From positions 11,415 to 75,414 of IMG/VR virus record IMGVR_UViG_3300043409_002246: 64,000 nucleotides of DNA, one strand, 5' to 3'. Of this stretch, positions 8,859-18,175 are shown piece by piece. Both the position numbers and the translations under genes were made by a program. The notes under the pieces are model-generated. The model made no database searches. It was not told the origin of the DNA and saw nothing but the letters and a program-made list of their open reading frames with translations. The stretch comes from a virus. Numbering within the stretch: position 1 is the first letter of the stretch; each line of letters starts with the position of its first letter.

Positions 8859-11291
8859 GTGGACACAACTTTGATAAATTCTGAGAATGAGCTTCAGGCG
8901 GACGCGCCGAACTCCCCCAATCTTGATACTTCCGGCAAGCAGCACACCCCCGCGTTGCTGAACATCGGGCAGGCGGTCGGTCTGGTGCGCTCCCTCGTGG
9001 CCGAGAACCGGGATCGCAGTTTGAAGAACGCGCGGATTCAGGAGAAGTATAACTCCGAGCGCCCGCAGGACCCGAACCGGCTGACTGCCGACGGCCTCGC
9101 GTGGAAGACCAATTTTTCTACCAAGCCCCTTGCTACCCTCATTGACAAGGTCGTCCCCCGCTTCACCACGGCTCTCCGGCAGATGCGCTATCTCACGGCG
9201 TCCAAGCTGCCGGATACAGAGCCGGGGGCCGCTGACAAGACGGAAGCCTTCCGGCGCACGATTACGGAAGCCTGCCGGGGTCACGAGGGCTGGGAGGAAT
9301 TGATGTCGGAGATCGCGCAGGAAAACGCGTTGTTCGGCTACGTCGGCCTCGGCTGGCTCGATTCCTTCAGTTGGTTCCCCACTTTCTACCGTCAGGACAT
9401 GTTCCTCGTGCCCAACGGCACCAAGCACACCGCAAACACGGCGCAAGTCGTGTGCCTGAAAAACTCGTATCTCCTGCATGAGATGTTTGAGTGGATCGCG
9501 AACCCCGAGGCGGCTAAGTCTGCCGGCGTTACGGTCGGCAACGTGATTCTTTCCCTGAACGACGCAACCCCGGAGGACCGCCGGAGCACGAGTCAGGACC
9601 CCGAGCGCATTTACGCGGACTTGGCCCGGGAGGGTTCAGTGATTACCTCCTTCCACGGCGCGAAAACCGTCGAGGTCTGGCACGTTCTGGTTGCCGAGGT
9701 TGACGGGCGGATCACGCACGTCGCTTTCGACGCCAAGAGCGACCTCCAACTCTTGTGGGTCCCCAAACAATTTGAGTCCATGTCGGACGCGGTGACGTTT
9801 TTCTCCTTCCAACACGGCAACGGCAAGCTCCAAGGTAGCAAGGGCATTGGCCGGGAGCTTTACAACATGGCCACGGTGCTTGACCGGGCACGCAATGAGG
9901 CGGTTGACCGGCTGCAACTCAGCGGCAAGCTGGTGTTGACCTGCCCGGAGAACCAAATCAAACGCTTCCGCATGTCGGTCGTGGGCAACGCGATCCTGAT
10001 TGCCGAGGGTTACACGGTCCAGCAGCAGCGGATTGACGGCGCCATTGAGCCGTTCGTTGCACTTGACCGATTCTTGACCGATTTGCTTGACCAAGTGGCC
10101 GGTTCGACGAGTCCGAAAGCCTTTGAGGGCGAGCGCGTTACGCGCGCGGCGGTCGAAGTGCAGACGAGCCGCGAGGAAGAGCGCCGGGACGCGATTATCG
10201 AACGCTTTTTGGGCCAGTTTTCGCGAATGATGAGCACTATTCAGCGCCGATTGTGCAATCCCGAGACGATTGACCGCACGGCGCTTGAAGTCCAGAAGAA
10301 ATTGCTGTCAATTATGACTCCCGAGGAACTGGACTACCTCGCGAAGTCGCCCGCCGTCTCCACGGTGCGCGATTACACCGAAGGCGAGCGCGAACGGGTC
10401 ATCATGGTGTCTGCGGAAGCGCGCGGGAACCCACTTTACAACCAACACGAGCTTGAAAAGCGCGCGTTGATCGCAAAAGTTGACGTGGCCTTCGCCGAAG
10501 CGGTTTTGCTCCCGGTAAACGACCCCACGGAGCAGGCCGAAAACGTGCGCCAACAGAAATTGGAGCTAATCATCATCAAAACCGGTGACGTGATTGACGT
10601 TTCGCCGCGCGACAGCCACATTGTCCATCTGCAAGTGCTCAAAGAAGCTGCCGGGCCGTATATTCAAGCCGCAGTTGACGATCCGGTCAACGTTCACGTC
10701 CTCGATGCCATCGCGCAACACGCAGCGGAGCACGTCAAGGCCGCTCAGACGTTGGGCCTCGGCAAACAGGTCGCAGAATTCGAGAATTGGGTGAACCAAC
10801 TCGTTCAAGGCATCCAAAAGCTCAACGAGCATGAAGCTCAGGTCCAGCAAGACATCGCCGCACAGGGCGGGCCGCAGGCGCAGGTTGACGAACAGGGTCA
10901 GCCGGTCGCTCCGCAGGCGCCGAAGCCTTCCAACAACGACAACGTGACGCTGAACTACAAGGACATGCCCCCGAGCATTCAACGCCAGATGGAAGCCGCC
11001 GCCGGATTCCAGCCCGCGACTGAAACGCCCGAGGAACTCGCGCGGATCAAACTTTTGTCGGTCCCGCCGGAAATTCCCGCGCCGGCACCGCTGCCGCCTC
11101 CGCCGGAAGAGCCTGACTTGGTCGGCATGATGAAAGTCATCCCGTATCTGGACTCGCCCCCGAGCATTCAGCGCCAGATCGAAACTCGGCTGGGCTTCGT
11201 CCCGGCCACGAATGAAGAAGCCCTCGCCTCGGCCCGCGCGATGACGAAAGCGACGGCCCTGCCCAAACCGAAGACCCCCACACCAAAATGA
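8859..11291 (+). CDS. portal protein (podovirus-type, long C-terminal extension)
   Basis: 810 aa; position after terminase and before scaffold/capsid; Pro/Gln-rich tail. Confidence 0.7.
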   Translation: MDTTLINSENELQADAPNSPNLDTSGKQHTPALLNIGQAVGLVRSLVAENRDRSLKNARIQEKYNSERPQDPNRLTADGLAWKTNFSTKPLATLIDKVVPRFTTALRQMRYLTASKLPDTEPGAADKTEAFRRTITEACRGHEGWEELMSEIAQENALFGYVGLGWLDSFSWFPTFYRQDMFLVPNGTKHTANTAQVVCLKNSYLLHEMFEWIANPEAAKSAGVTVGNVILSLNDATPEDRRSTSQDPERIYADLAREGSVITSFHGAKTVEVWHVLVAEVDGRITHVAFDAKSDLQLLWVPKQFESMSDAVTFFSFQHGNGKLQGSKGIGRELYNMATVLDRARNEAVDRLQLSGKLVLTCPENQIKRFRMSVVGNAILIAEGYTVQQQRIDGAIEPFVALDRFLTDLLDQVAGSTSPKAFEGERVTRAAVEVQTSREEERRDAIIERFLGQFSRMMSTIQRRLCNPETIDRTALEVQKKLLSIMTPEELDYLAKSPAVSTVRDYTEGERERVIMVSAEARGNPLYNQHELEKRALIAKVDVAFAEAVLLPVNDPTEQAENVRQQKLELIIIKTGDVIDVSPRDSHIVHLQVLKEAAGPYIQAAVDDPVNVHVLDAIAQHAAEHVKAAQTLGLGKQVAEFENWVNQLVQGIQKLNEHEAQVQQDIAAQGGPQAQVDEQGQPVAPQAPKPSNNDNVTLNYKDMPPSIQRQMEAAAGFQPATETPEELARIKLLSVPPEIPAPAPLPPPPEEPDLVGMMKVIPYLDSPPSIQRQIETRLGFVPATNEEALASARAMTKATALPKPKTPTPK

Positions 11292-11608
11292 CAAACACGC
11301 CCCCTGTTTGGAATAGCGCCGCCGCCGGCTTGCTGAAGCAATTCATCGAGTCCGGGTGCGGCCAGTCCTTTTTGACCAACATGGTTGCGGCGCGTCCGGC
11401 GCTGCATACCCAAACGAACGACCTCAACAGCGTTGCCTTGCGCGCACAGCTTGTTGCCGGATATGAGCAAGCGTTGAGCCAGATCATTTCACTCACGGAG
11501 CCCGTCGAGAAATTCGCTGAAGCTCCTGAACTGGAAAATTACCCGCCCTTGGATTTGCCGGATGGCGATCCTCGATGGGCGGGCGCCCCCAAACCCCCGA
11601 CCCCCTGA
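11288..11608 (+). CDS. hypothetical protein between portal and scaffold
   Basis: Overlaps portal stop (ATGA); position. Confidence 0.65.
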   Translation: MTNTPPVWNSAAAGLLKQFIESGCGQSFLTNMVAARPALHTQTNDLNSVALRAQLVAGYEQALSQIISLTEPVEKFAEAPELENYPPLDLPDGDPRWAGAPKPPTP

Positions 11609-11614
11609 AGAACT

Positions 11615-12964
11615 ATGGCAGACAACTCCGAATTCCACGCCAAAGGCGATGACGCAACCCTGAAGCCCGACGAAGCTAATGGAGCCGGCGCCGCGCTCGA
11701 CTCCCTCTTTTCCGAAATTACGGAAACTCCGCCGGATGCGGCTGCTGCCGCTGCGAAGAAAAAGGCGGAGGACGAAGCTGCCGCCGCTGCCGCCGCGACG
11801 AAGGTTGCGGATACCGCGCCGACGATTGATGAAACCGTAGCGTCTGCTAAAGCGGACGAAGAAGCTAAGTTAGCATCTGCTAAAGCGGACGCTGACGCCA
11901 AAGCTGCTGCCGCTGCTGATCCGGCTGCTGCCGCCGCTGCCGCCGCTGCCGTTGACCCGCTCGACGCGGTTGAACTGCCGCCGCACACGAAGCCGAAGAG
12001 CGCCGAAGCTTTTGGCCGGCTGAAGCAACTCGCCAAGGAGAACGCCAAAATCCTCAAGGACAAGATCGCGGAGAACGACACGAAACTCGCGGCGGTGCAG
12101 GCCGAACTCGACAAGGCCAAGGCCATCGTCCCCGGGTCACTGACGCCTGAACTCCAAGCGGAGATGGAAGACCTCCGGAAGTTCCGGCTCTCGATTGACG
12201 CGACGAGCGATCCGACGTTCAAAGAATTCGACTCGAAGATCGAAGCGAACGTGGCACAGATATACAAGAAACTTGAAGCTTCGGGATTGAGCGCCGAAAG
12301 TGTCAAGGCCATCAAGGACCTCGGCGGGCCCGAACAGGTTGATTGGGAGCCGATTATGCCGAAGCTGCCCCTGACGACCCGCCGGCTGGTCGAGTCGCTG
12401 CTGGTGAGCAACGAAGGGCTGAAGGACTCCAAAGCCGAAGCTCTGGAAAAGGCCAAGGCCGACGCGCCGAAGTATGTCGCGGAACGCAGCGCCCGGGAAG
12501 CGGAAGAATTGACCAAGGTCGCGCAGGGCTACATCAAGAACCTGCCGTGGACCTCGGAGAAGGCGATTCCTGCCGGCGCCAAGCCGGAAGAAGTTGCGGC
12601 CATTGAAGAGAGCAACACTTTCGCTCGCGAATCGCTCGGCAAGCTGAAAGATTTTTTGGCGAACCGGTCGCTTCCGCACATTGCGGAACTCGCCGTCGGA
12701 ACGCTGATTGCGTATCAGCAACGCCGGGAACTGAACGCCATCAAAGCCGCGCAGGCGGCGCTCAACGAGAAGCTGGTTGCCATCACGGCGGAGCGCGACA
12801 AACTGGCGGCGGCTACGGCTGCGCGCAAGCTCGCGGAACTCCCGCGCGGGGGCGGAGCGGCTCAGGTAATCGCTCCCGTAGCCAAGGTCGGCTCCCTCGA
12901 CGTGCGGAAAGCCGGTGAGGCGCTCGACGCGCTTTACGAGGAAATGAAGACGGCTCAGGGTTGA
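11615..12964 (+). CDS. putative capsid scaffolding protein
   Basis: Ala/Glu/Lys-rich coiled coil directly upstream of the capsid gene. Confidence 0.6.
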   Translation: MADNSEFHAKGDDATLKPDEANGAGAALDSLFSEITETPPDAAAAAAKKKAEDEAAAAAAATKVADTAPTIDETVASAKADEEAKLASAKADADAKAAAAADPAAAAAAAAAVDPLDAVELPPHTKPKSAEAFGRLKQLAKENAKILKDKIAENDTKLAAVQAELDKAKAIVPGSLTPELQAEMEDLRKFRLSIDATSDPTFKEFDSKIEANVAQIYKKLEASGLSAESVKAIKDLGGPEQVDWEPIMPKLPLTTRRLVESLLVSNEGLKDSKAEALEKAKADAPKYVAERSAREAEELTKVAQGYIKNLPWTSEKAIPAGAKPEEVAAIEESNTFARESLGKLKDFLANRSLPHIAELAVGTLIAYQQRRELNAIKAAQAALNEKLVAITAERDKLAAATAARKLAELPRGGGAAQVIAPVAKVGSLDVRKAGEALDALYEEMKTAQG

Positions 12965-12992
12965 TAAAACACACCCGTATTTTCAACATCAC

Positions 12993-13020
12993 GGCCCCCA
13001 AGTCGGGGGCCTTTCTTTTT
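12993..13020 (+). terminator. intrinsic terminator
   Basis: GGCCCCC-AAGTC-GGGGGCC followed by TTTCTTTTT. Confidence 0.8.
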
Positions 13021-13024
13021 GCCG

Positions 13025-13053
13025 TTGACAAATGAGCCAGAATGACGCATCTT
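13025..13053 (+). promoter_or_regulatory. class A promoter TTGACA-N17-CATCTT (capsid)
   Basis: Exact motif immediately after a terminator. Confidence 0.8.
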
Positions 13054-13225
13054 AGTGTAGTAGGAACTAAAGCGACCCTGAACGTGTTCCGGTTCAGACG
13101 GGCCTTAAAGCGAACCCTCCTTGGCCGAGAGAGTTGAAGAAAAATTGGAGTTGCGCCTGTCGGCGCGATTCGTAGTTGAACAACTCGCTCGGTGGAATTA
13201 CCACCAGCAACAACGGAGGATCATA

Positions 13226-14449
13226 ATGGCCTATCAACTGGATACAACTCATATCAATGAGATTGCTGTCCGCGACTCAAACCGCCTCGTCGGCAGCGTT
13301 GCACGCTGTCTCGCGGCAAATTCACCTTACATTGGCGTTCTTAACGGGGGCGTGTTCGCTTCCGGTCAGGGCGACGTAGTTACGTCTGCTGTCGAAATGC
13401 AGGCGGCTCCGGGCGACTCGCTCGCGGTTCCCACTTTCGTCGCTTACCGCGACATTGCTGGCGACGTGGGCACTAAGGAGCGCACCGGCAAGGTGGACTT
13501 CACCTACCAGCTTCAATCCAAACGCGGCACCGGCCCCAAGGTCAGTGTCAAGGATGGCTTCGGCGCTTTCAAGTCCAGCTATGTGTCTGCGGAAGACGCG
13601 CTTCGCAAGCTGTTGACTCAATACATCAACGCGGACGTTCAGGCGCAGTTGTGGCTGAAGTCGGCGACCAAAGGGACGTGCGACTCCACCGGCACTCTGG
13701 CGGCTAACACCGTCGGCGGGTCCGAGACTGACATCAGCATTGACTGCACCAGCCTCGCTTTGCCCGACAGCCCGCTCTCGTTCAAGGCTCTCCATGCTTG
13801 GGCGCGGCATCTCAAAGAAGGTCTGTTCGGCGACATGTTCCCGGCTGAGAACAAAGTGCAACAGCACTTCCGTTTCATCGGTTCGAGCGACATCATCGAA
13901 TCGTTTCGCGCTGAAGTCGGCGTTGAAAACGTTTTGCTCGCTTTGACGCAGGGTTCTTACAAGCTCGGCGAACAGGCTGTGACGGCTTACAGCTTTGAAA
14001 CCAGTCCTGCGTATCGCGGCATTGGCTTCGGCATGACGCACCGCCCGTTGCGGTTCAACGTGATTGATTCGGGGACGAATCTCCCGACTCTGTTGAACCC
14101 GGTAACGGTTGTGAACGATTCGAGCACCCTCACGGGCTACTCGATCCCGAACGCGACTTGGGTCAACGCGACCTACGAAATCGGTATGCTTCTCGGCGAG
14201 GGCTCTTTTGAGCGCCAGACCCCGGAGCAATACACTGGCGAAGGCACCTTCAAGTATGCGCCGCAACTGCACGCGGGCGAACTCGAATGGCACTACGTCA
14301 AGGACAGTGGCTCGAACATGTGGGGCGACTACGGCTGGCACAAATACCAGATCAGCCGCGCCTACAAGCCTCTGCGCCCGCAGCACATCATCCCGATTAT
14401 CTACAAGCGCGCAGTTAGCGATCTTGGTCTGACTCCGGTCAGTTCATAA
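13226..14449 (+). CDS. major capsid protein
   Basis: About 407 aa; own promoter, GGAGGA SD before ATG 13226, follows the scaffold gene, downstream hairpins. Confidence 0.7.
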   Translation: MAYQLDTTHINEIAVRDSNRLVGSVARCLAANSPYIGVLNGGVFASGQGDVVTSAVEMQAAPGDSLAVPTFVAYRDIAGDVGTKERTGKVDFTYQLQSKRGTGPKVSVKDGFGAFKSSYVSAEDALRKLLTQYINADVQAQLWLKSATKGTCDSTGTLAANTVGGSETDISIDCTSLALPDSPLSFKALHAWARHLKEGLFGDMFPAENKVQQHFRFIGSSDIIESFRAEVGVENVLLALTQGSYKLGEQAVTAYSFETSPAYRGIGFGMTHRPLRFNVIDSGTNLPTLLNPVTVVNDSSTLTGYSIPNATWVNATYEIGMLLGEGSFERQTPEQYTGEGTFKYAPQLHAGELEWHYVKDSGSNMWGDYGWHKYQISRAYKPLRPQHIIPIIYKRAVSDLGLTPVSS

Positions 14450-14450
14450 T

Positions 14451-14525
14451 TTGGGTAGGGCCTCCAAGCCCGCCCAATAGGGGGCAGTAAACCGGGGCCG
14501 GTGGTTCGCAAGACTACCGGCCCCG
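14451..14525 (+). other. two stem-loops after the capsid gene (mRNA stabiliser or attenuator)
   Basis: TTGGGTAGGGC/GCCCGCCCAA and CGGGGCCGGTGGT/ACTACCGGCCCCG; no U-tract. Confidence 0.55.
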
Positions 14526-14540
14526 CGTCTTGAAAACAAT

Positions 14541-15719
14541 ATGATTACCTCGATCCACGAACTCTACAAGTCCAACGCGGTAGCCGCAGGGGCAACACTC
14601 AAGTTTGGCGACGAGATTCATACGACCATGCAGCGATGGCTGGTAGCCGAGGGCGGCTCGCCGAAACTCCATGACTCGAAGAACGATTTGGCGCGCAAGA
14701 TTTCCGTCGCGCGCGGGACCGCCGTCAAGCACGGCGACTCCACGGTGGACATTTTTCGCCGGCTGGCTGGCCTGAGCTACAACAACAGCCTGCACGAGTG
14801 TTTGCGGACGATTCTGGCTACTCCGGCGGTTCCGGCGGTGTTGCTGGCTCCCGTAATGCTGGCGGCGACCCCGGTGAACCCCGTCTCGTTCACTGTGAAC
14901 TGGACCCCGGGAGTGGGAAGCATTCCCCCGGATGGATACTTGGTGGACATCGCGTTCGACGAGAACTTTCTTTTCATAGCGGCGGCTTGGGATGGTTTCG
15001 ATGTAGGTCTTGTGACCTCTGCTGAGTTTATCGAGGGTGTTCCCGACACAGACTACTACGTCCGGGTCCGGGCCTACACCAATGGCCCCGGGGAAGTAAG
15101 TGGACAGTCAAACGTGGTGATCGCGGAAGAGCTACACGCTCCGCCGGAACCGGTCCCGATCTCAGTCACGGAATTCCCCACCGCAACCAGTTTTGAACTT
15201 ACGTGGACCTCCCCTCCCTCTTTCGACGGCGTCGTCATTGATGTTACCCCGGTAGTCAACGATTGGGTTTTCGACGAGACAGGGGTCCTGTATCAGTTCG
15301 ACGCGGGCGCCGTGGAAGTTTTTGAAGTCACCGGGCTGGCCCCCGGGATCGAGTATGCCTTCCGAGTTTCAGGCTACAATAACGGCGGAGTTGGGCCCGG
15401 CATCCCCGGGACAGCGACTACCTTGGTAGCGGCGCCGGCGATGCCGGACACCAACTCGATAGTCGTGACGGATTCTACGATCCAAGTGGGCTGGGTTGAC
15501 GACCCGGCGGCTAGCGGATGGAAGGTGGACCTTTCTATCGCCGCAGACTTCTCTTCCTTTGTCGGGCCCTACGAGAACCTCGACTTGGGTCCGTTGAACC
15601 TCGCGCTGTTCGCGGGTCTGGACCCGGAGACTCTCTACTACTACCGGATACGCGCCTATAACGATGGTGGGACCAGCCCGTCCAAGTCGGCTAACGCGAC
15701 CACGGAAGCTACCCCCTGA
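14541..15719 (+). CDS. fibronectin type III repeat virion decoration protein
   Basis: Three FN3 units (W..P, GL-x-P-x-T-x-YY-x-RVRAY-N). Confidence 0.75.
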   Translation: MITSIHELYKSNAVAAGATLKFGDEIHTTMQRWLVAEGGSPKLHDSKNDLARKISVARGTAVKHGDSTVDIFRRLAGLSYNNSLHECLRTILATPAVPAVLLAPVMLAATPVNPVSFTVNWTPGVGSIPPDGYLVDIAFDENFLFIAAAWDGFDVGLVTSAEFIEGVPDTDYYVRVRAYTNGPGEVSGQSNVVIAEELHAPPEPVPISVTEFPTATSFELTWTSPPSFDGVVIDVTPVVNDWVFDETGVLYQFDAGAVEVFEVTGLAPGIEYAFRVSGYNNGGVGPGIPGTATTLVAAPAMPDTNSIVVTDSTIQVGWVDDPAASGWKVDLSIAADFSSFVGPYENLDLGPLNLALFAGLDPETLYYYRIRAYNDGGTSPSKSANATTEATP

Positions 15720-15722
15720 TAT

Positions 15723-16106
15723 ATGGCCGCACGACGCAAATTAACTGACTGTCCTGTAAAGGGCCCATGTCCCCGGGGGTTCGACGTGGACCTCGCCAAC
15801 ATCTCCGGGCGGGTAAACCATCTGGACTCGCTCCTACCCGGCATCGCCGCTGACGTGCGCGCCATCTCGGGGAAAATCAACGTGATGGAGGTCCATCTTG
15901 CAACTATCCCGACGTGGGATAACGTAAAAGAGCTTCATCTGTCCGTAAAGGGAGACGTGAAGGTCGTGGCGGACAAGATCGCGGTGCTGGAAGAGTCCGG
16001 CGCACAGATGCGAGGCGGCTGGAAGGTCATCGCTTTCGCCAGTGGCATTTCCGGCTCGGTGGTAGCCGTCGTCTCTTGGGTCATCCAACACTTCCCCAAA
16101 CCATGA
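15723..16106 (+). CDS. putative holin-like membrane protein
   Basis: Coiled coil plus a C-terminal hydrophobic helix; next to the lipoprotein gene. Confidence 0.45.
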   Translation: MAARRKLTDCPVKGPCPRGFDVDLANISGRVNHLDSLLPGIAADVRAISGKINVMEVHLATIPTWDNVKELHLSVKGDVKVVADKIAVLEESGAQMRGGWKVIAFASGISGSVVAVVSWVIQHFPKP

Positions 16107-16855
16107 AAAAGTCCCTGCTACCCTACGTCCTAGTCGCGCTCCTGTTCACGGGCTGCTCGATCCTGATGCCGAAGCCCAAGGAATTTTTCCAAGACAAGGT
16201 TCATGCCGTCCCGGAGATGAAAGCCTCCGAGAAAGAAACCCAGCGCCAGACCGCGAAGCTCGCCGCCGACAAGGCCAAGGAGACTTGGATCGCCGCCGTC
16301 GCTGATGACGCTACCCCGCTTGTGACTTTGCCCGCCGCGCAGACCGTCGCTCTCACCGAGGCCGTCTCCGTCAGCGTAGGCCCGCCCCTTTCCCCCTCTA
16401 CTCTTGACCCGATGGTGTTGGCTGAGAAGCTCAACCGCGCGGTTGCCAAACTGAGCACCCGCTTGGACGAATTCAAGGACGAAAACAACGTCAACGCCGG
16501 CAAGAAGATAGAGGGCACGGGTCTTTTCTCGGTTCCGTATTTCGTTTGGATTGGCGGCATCCTTTTCATCTCTTTCGTCGGCTACACGATCCTCAAGACC
16601 GTTTTGAAGGGCCTTGCGCTGACGAACCCGCCGATTGCGGTTGGAATGAACGTGGCCGGCGTGGCTGGCCGCACTGCTGCCAAAGGGTTCGCGCAGTTGC
16701 TCAAGGGCGGGGAACAGTTCAAGCAGCGAATCGAGGAAGAGATTTCTGATCCGGCGGTGAAGGCCGCAGTTCTACGCGCGTTTCGTTCGGAGCACCAGAA
16801 GGCCGCAGACGACGACGTGAAAAATGTGGTTGAGCAGTTGACAAAGACGCCGTAA
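16103..16855 (+). CDS. lipoprotein with internal TM helix; spanin candidate
   Basis: MKK-hydrophobic-FTGC lipobox; TM segment YFVWIGGILFISFVGYTIL. Confidence 0.55.
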   Translation: MKKSLLPYVLVALLFTGCSILMPKPKEFFQDKVHAVPEMKASEKETQRQTAKLAADKAKETWIAAVADDATPLVTLPAAQTVALTEAVSVSVGPPLSPSTLDPMVLAEKLNRAVAKLSTRLDEFKDENNVNAGKKIEGTGLFSVPYFVWIGGILFISFVGYTILKTVLKGLALTNPPIAVGMNVAGVAGRTAAKGFAQLLKGGEQFKQRIEEEISDPAVKAAVLRAFRSEHQKAADDDVKNVVEQLTKTP

Positions 16856-16866
16856 ATCGGCATCTT
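16838..16866 (+). promoter_or_regulatory. class A promoter TTGACA-N17-CATCTT
   Basis: Exact motif overlapping the end of the upstream CDS. Confidence 0.8.
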
Positions 16867-16881
16867 AACTAGGAGAATCTT

Positions 16882-18174
16882 ATGGCATGTGAAGATACTG
16901 ATGACTGTCCGGAAAATACACCCGCATCGGAGACGCTTGCGTCGCAGATGGACAACTTCGTCGCCGCGTTCTTCGGGGCGCTGACGAAGGAGGCCGGCGA
17001 CAACGACACGGTAACGTGGACGCTGCCCTGCAACCTTGAGGACGGCATCTACGACGACTCCGTCCCTACCCCCGTTCTGATATACCCCCGGGAAGAGGGC
17101 GAGGGCCTTGCCTGCTTTTTCGCGCGCATCCTCGGTCAGCAAATCAACGGCCTCGCGGGCGCGGACGCCTTCGCGACGGTCAACGGAGCGTTTACACAGC
17201 CTGCGATTCTCGCCAATGTGGACGTAACTGTCACCACGATTGCGCCCTTCGCGGTCGGTCAATACGTTTGGGTTGCGTCCGGCAACGGTAGCTTCTACAC
17301 GGTTCAGGCCATCAACGGCTTGGTGTTGACGCTGAAGAATTTATATGGCAACCCGCACAACTTGTCCCCCGGCGCGGTCCTCGCGAACGGGTCCAAGGTT
17401 GTTCCCTCGGGGGCGGCGGAAACGTCCGGCCCGCAGGGGGCGCGCGGTCTTACCGGAGCGACCGGCCCGCAGGGCGAAATCGGCCCTCAGGGCGATCAGG
17501 GCGTTCAGGGCGAAATCGGCCCGACTGGCGCGGGCGTTACCGATAAAGCTTGGAGTTTCAACACCCCCGGCGTCCATACTTTCATCCCCGATTTCGACGG
17601 GAGAATCCGGGTTCGGGGTTACGGAGCCGGCGGCGGCGGCGGCGGCGGGGCCGCAAACATCGGCGATGACGGTAGCATCCCGAACGGTTCTGGCTACGGC
17701 GGCGGCGGCGGGGAATATGCCGTAAAAGAGATTACCGTTACCTCAGGCTTGATCTATACCTGCACGGTCGGTAACGGCGGAGCCGGCGGTGAAGGCGGTG
17801 ACAATACCGCAGCGGGGTCTGACGGGGAAGACTCGGAATTTGCTTTACAGGGCGGCGGGGTTTACCTCGAAGCCAAAGGCGGCGGCGGCGGCGACGCGGC
17901 GGCGGACGGCATCTTAGAGGGCGCAGGCGGCACCGGCGGTGCCGGAGTCGCTGACTTTCGATACAGCGGATGGCCGGGGCTGTCTGAGGAAGGCGGCAAG
18001 TGCGGTCGCGACGGCGCAGGAGGGCTTGAGAGCGCCGGAGCCGGCAATGCGGGTGAATTCCCGGGCGGCGGCGGCGGAGCCGGCCATGACGGCGGAGAGG
18101 GCGGCGTGGGGGCTCCCGGCGGCGCTGGTGCCAACGGTCGCATCGCAATCGAAGTAATTTCCGAAACCCCGTGA
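16882..18174 (+). CDS. fibre protein with collagen-like and glycine-rich domains
   Basis: G-X-Y repeats; GAGGGGGGG...GGGGGEY glycine-rich domain. Confidence 0.7.
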   Translation: MACEDTDDCPENTPASETLASQMDNFVAAFFGALTKEAGDNDTVTWTLPCNLEDGIYDDSVPTPVLIYPREEGEGLACFFARILGQQINGLAGADAFATVNGAFTQPAILANVDVTVTTIAPFAVGQYVWVASGNGSFYTVQAINGLVLTLKNLYGNPHNLSPGAVLANGSKVVPSGAAETSGPQGARGLTGATGPQGEIGPQGDQGVQGEIGPTGAGVTDKAWSFNTPGVHTFIPDFDGRIRVRGYGAGGGGGGGAANIGDDGSIPNGSGYGGGGGEYAVKEITVTSGLIYTCTVGNGGAGGEGGDNTAAGSDGEDSEFALQGGGVYLEAKGGGGGDAAADGILEGAGGTGGAGVADFRYSGWPGLSEEGGKCGRDGAGGLESAGAGNAGEFPGGGGGAGHDGGEGGVGAPGGAGANGRIAIEVISETP

Positions 18175-18175
18175 A

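Noticed and set aside
11740-11950. GCC/GCT-rich repeats in the scaffold gene, and 9-nt repeats at 18350-18470
   Set aside because: They simply encode poly-Ala and collagen G-X-Y tracts.
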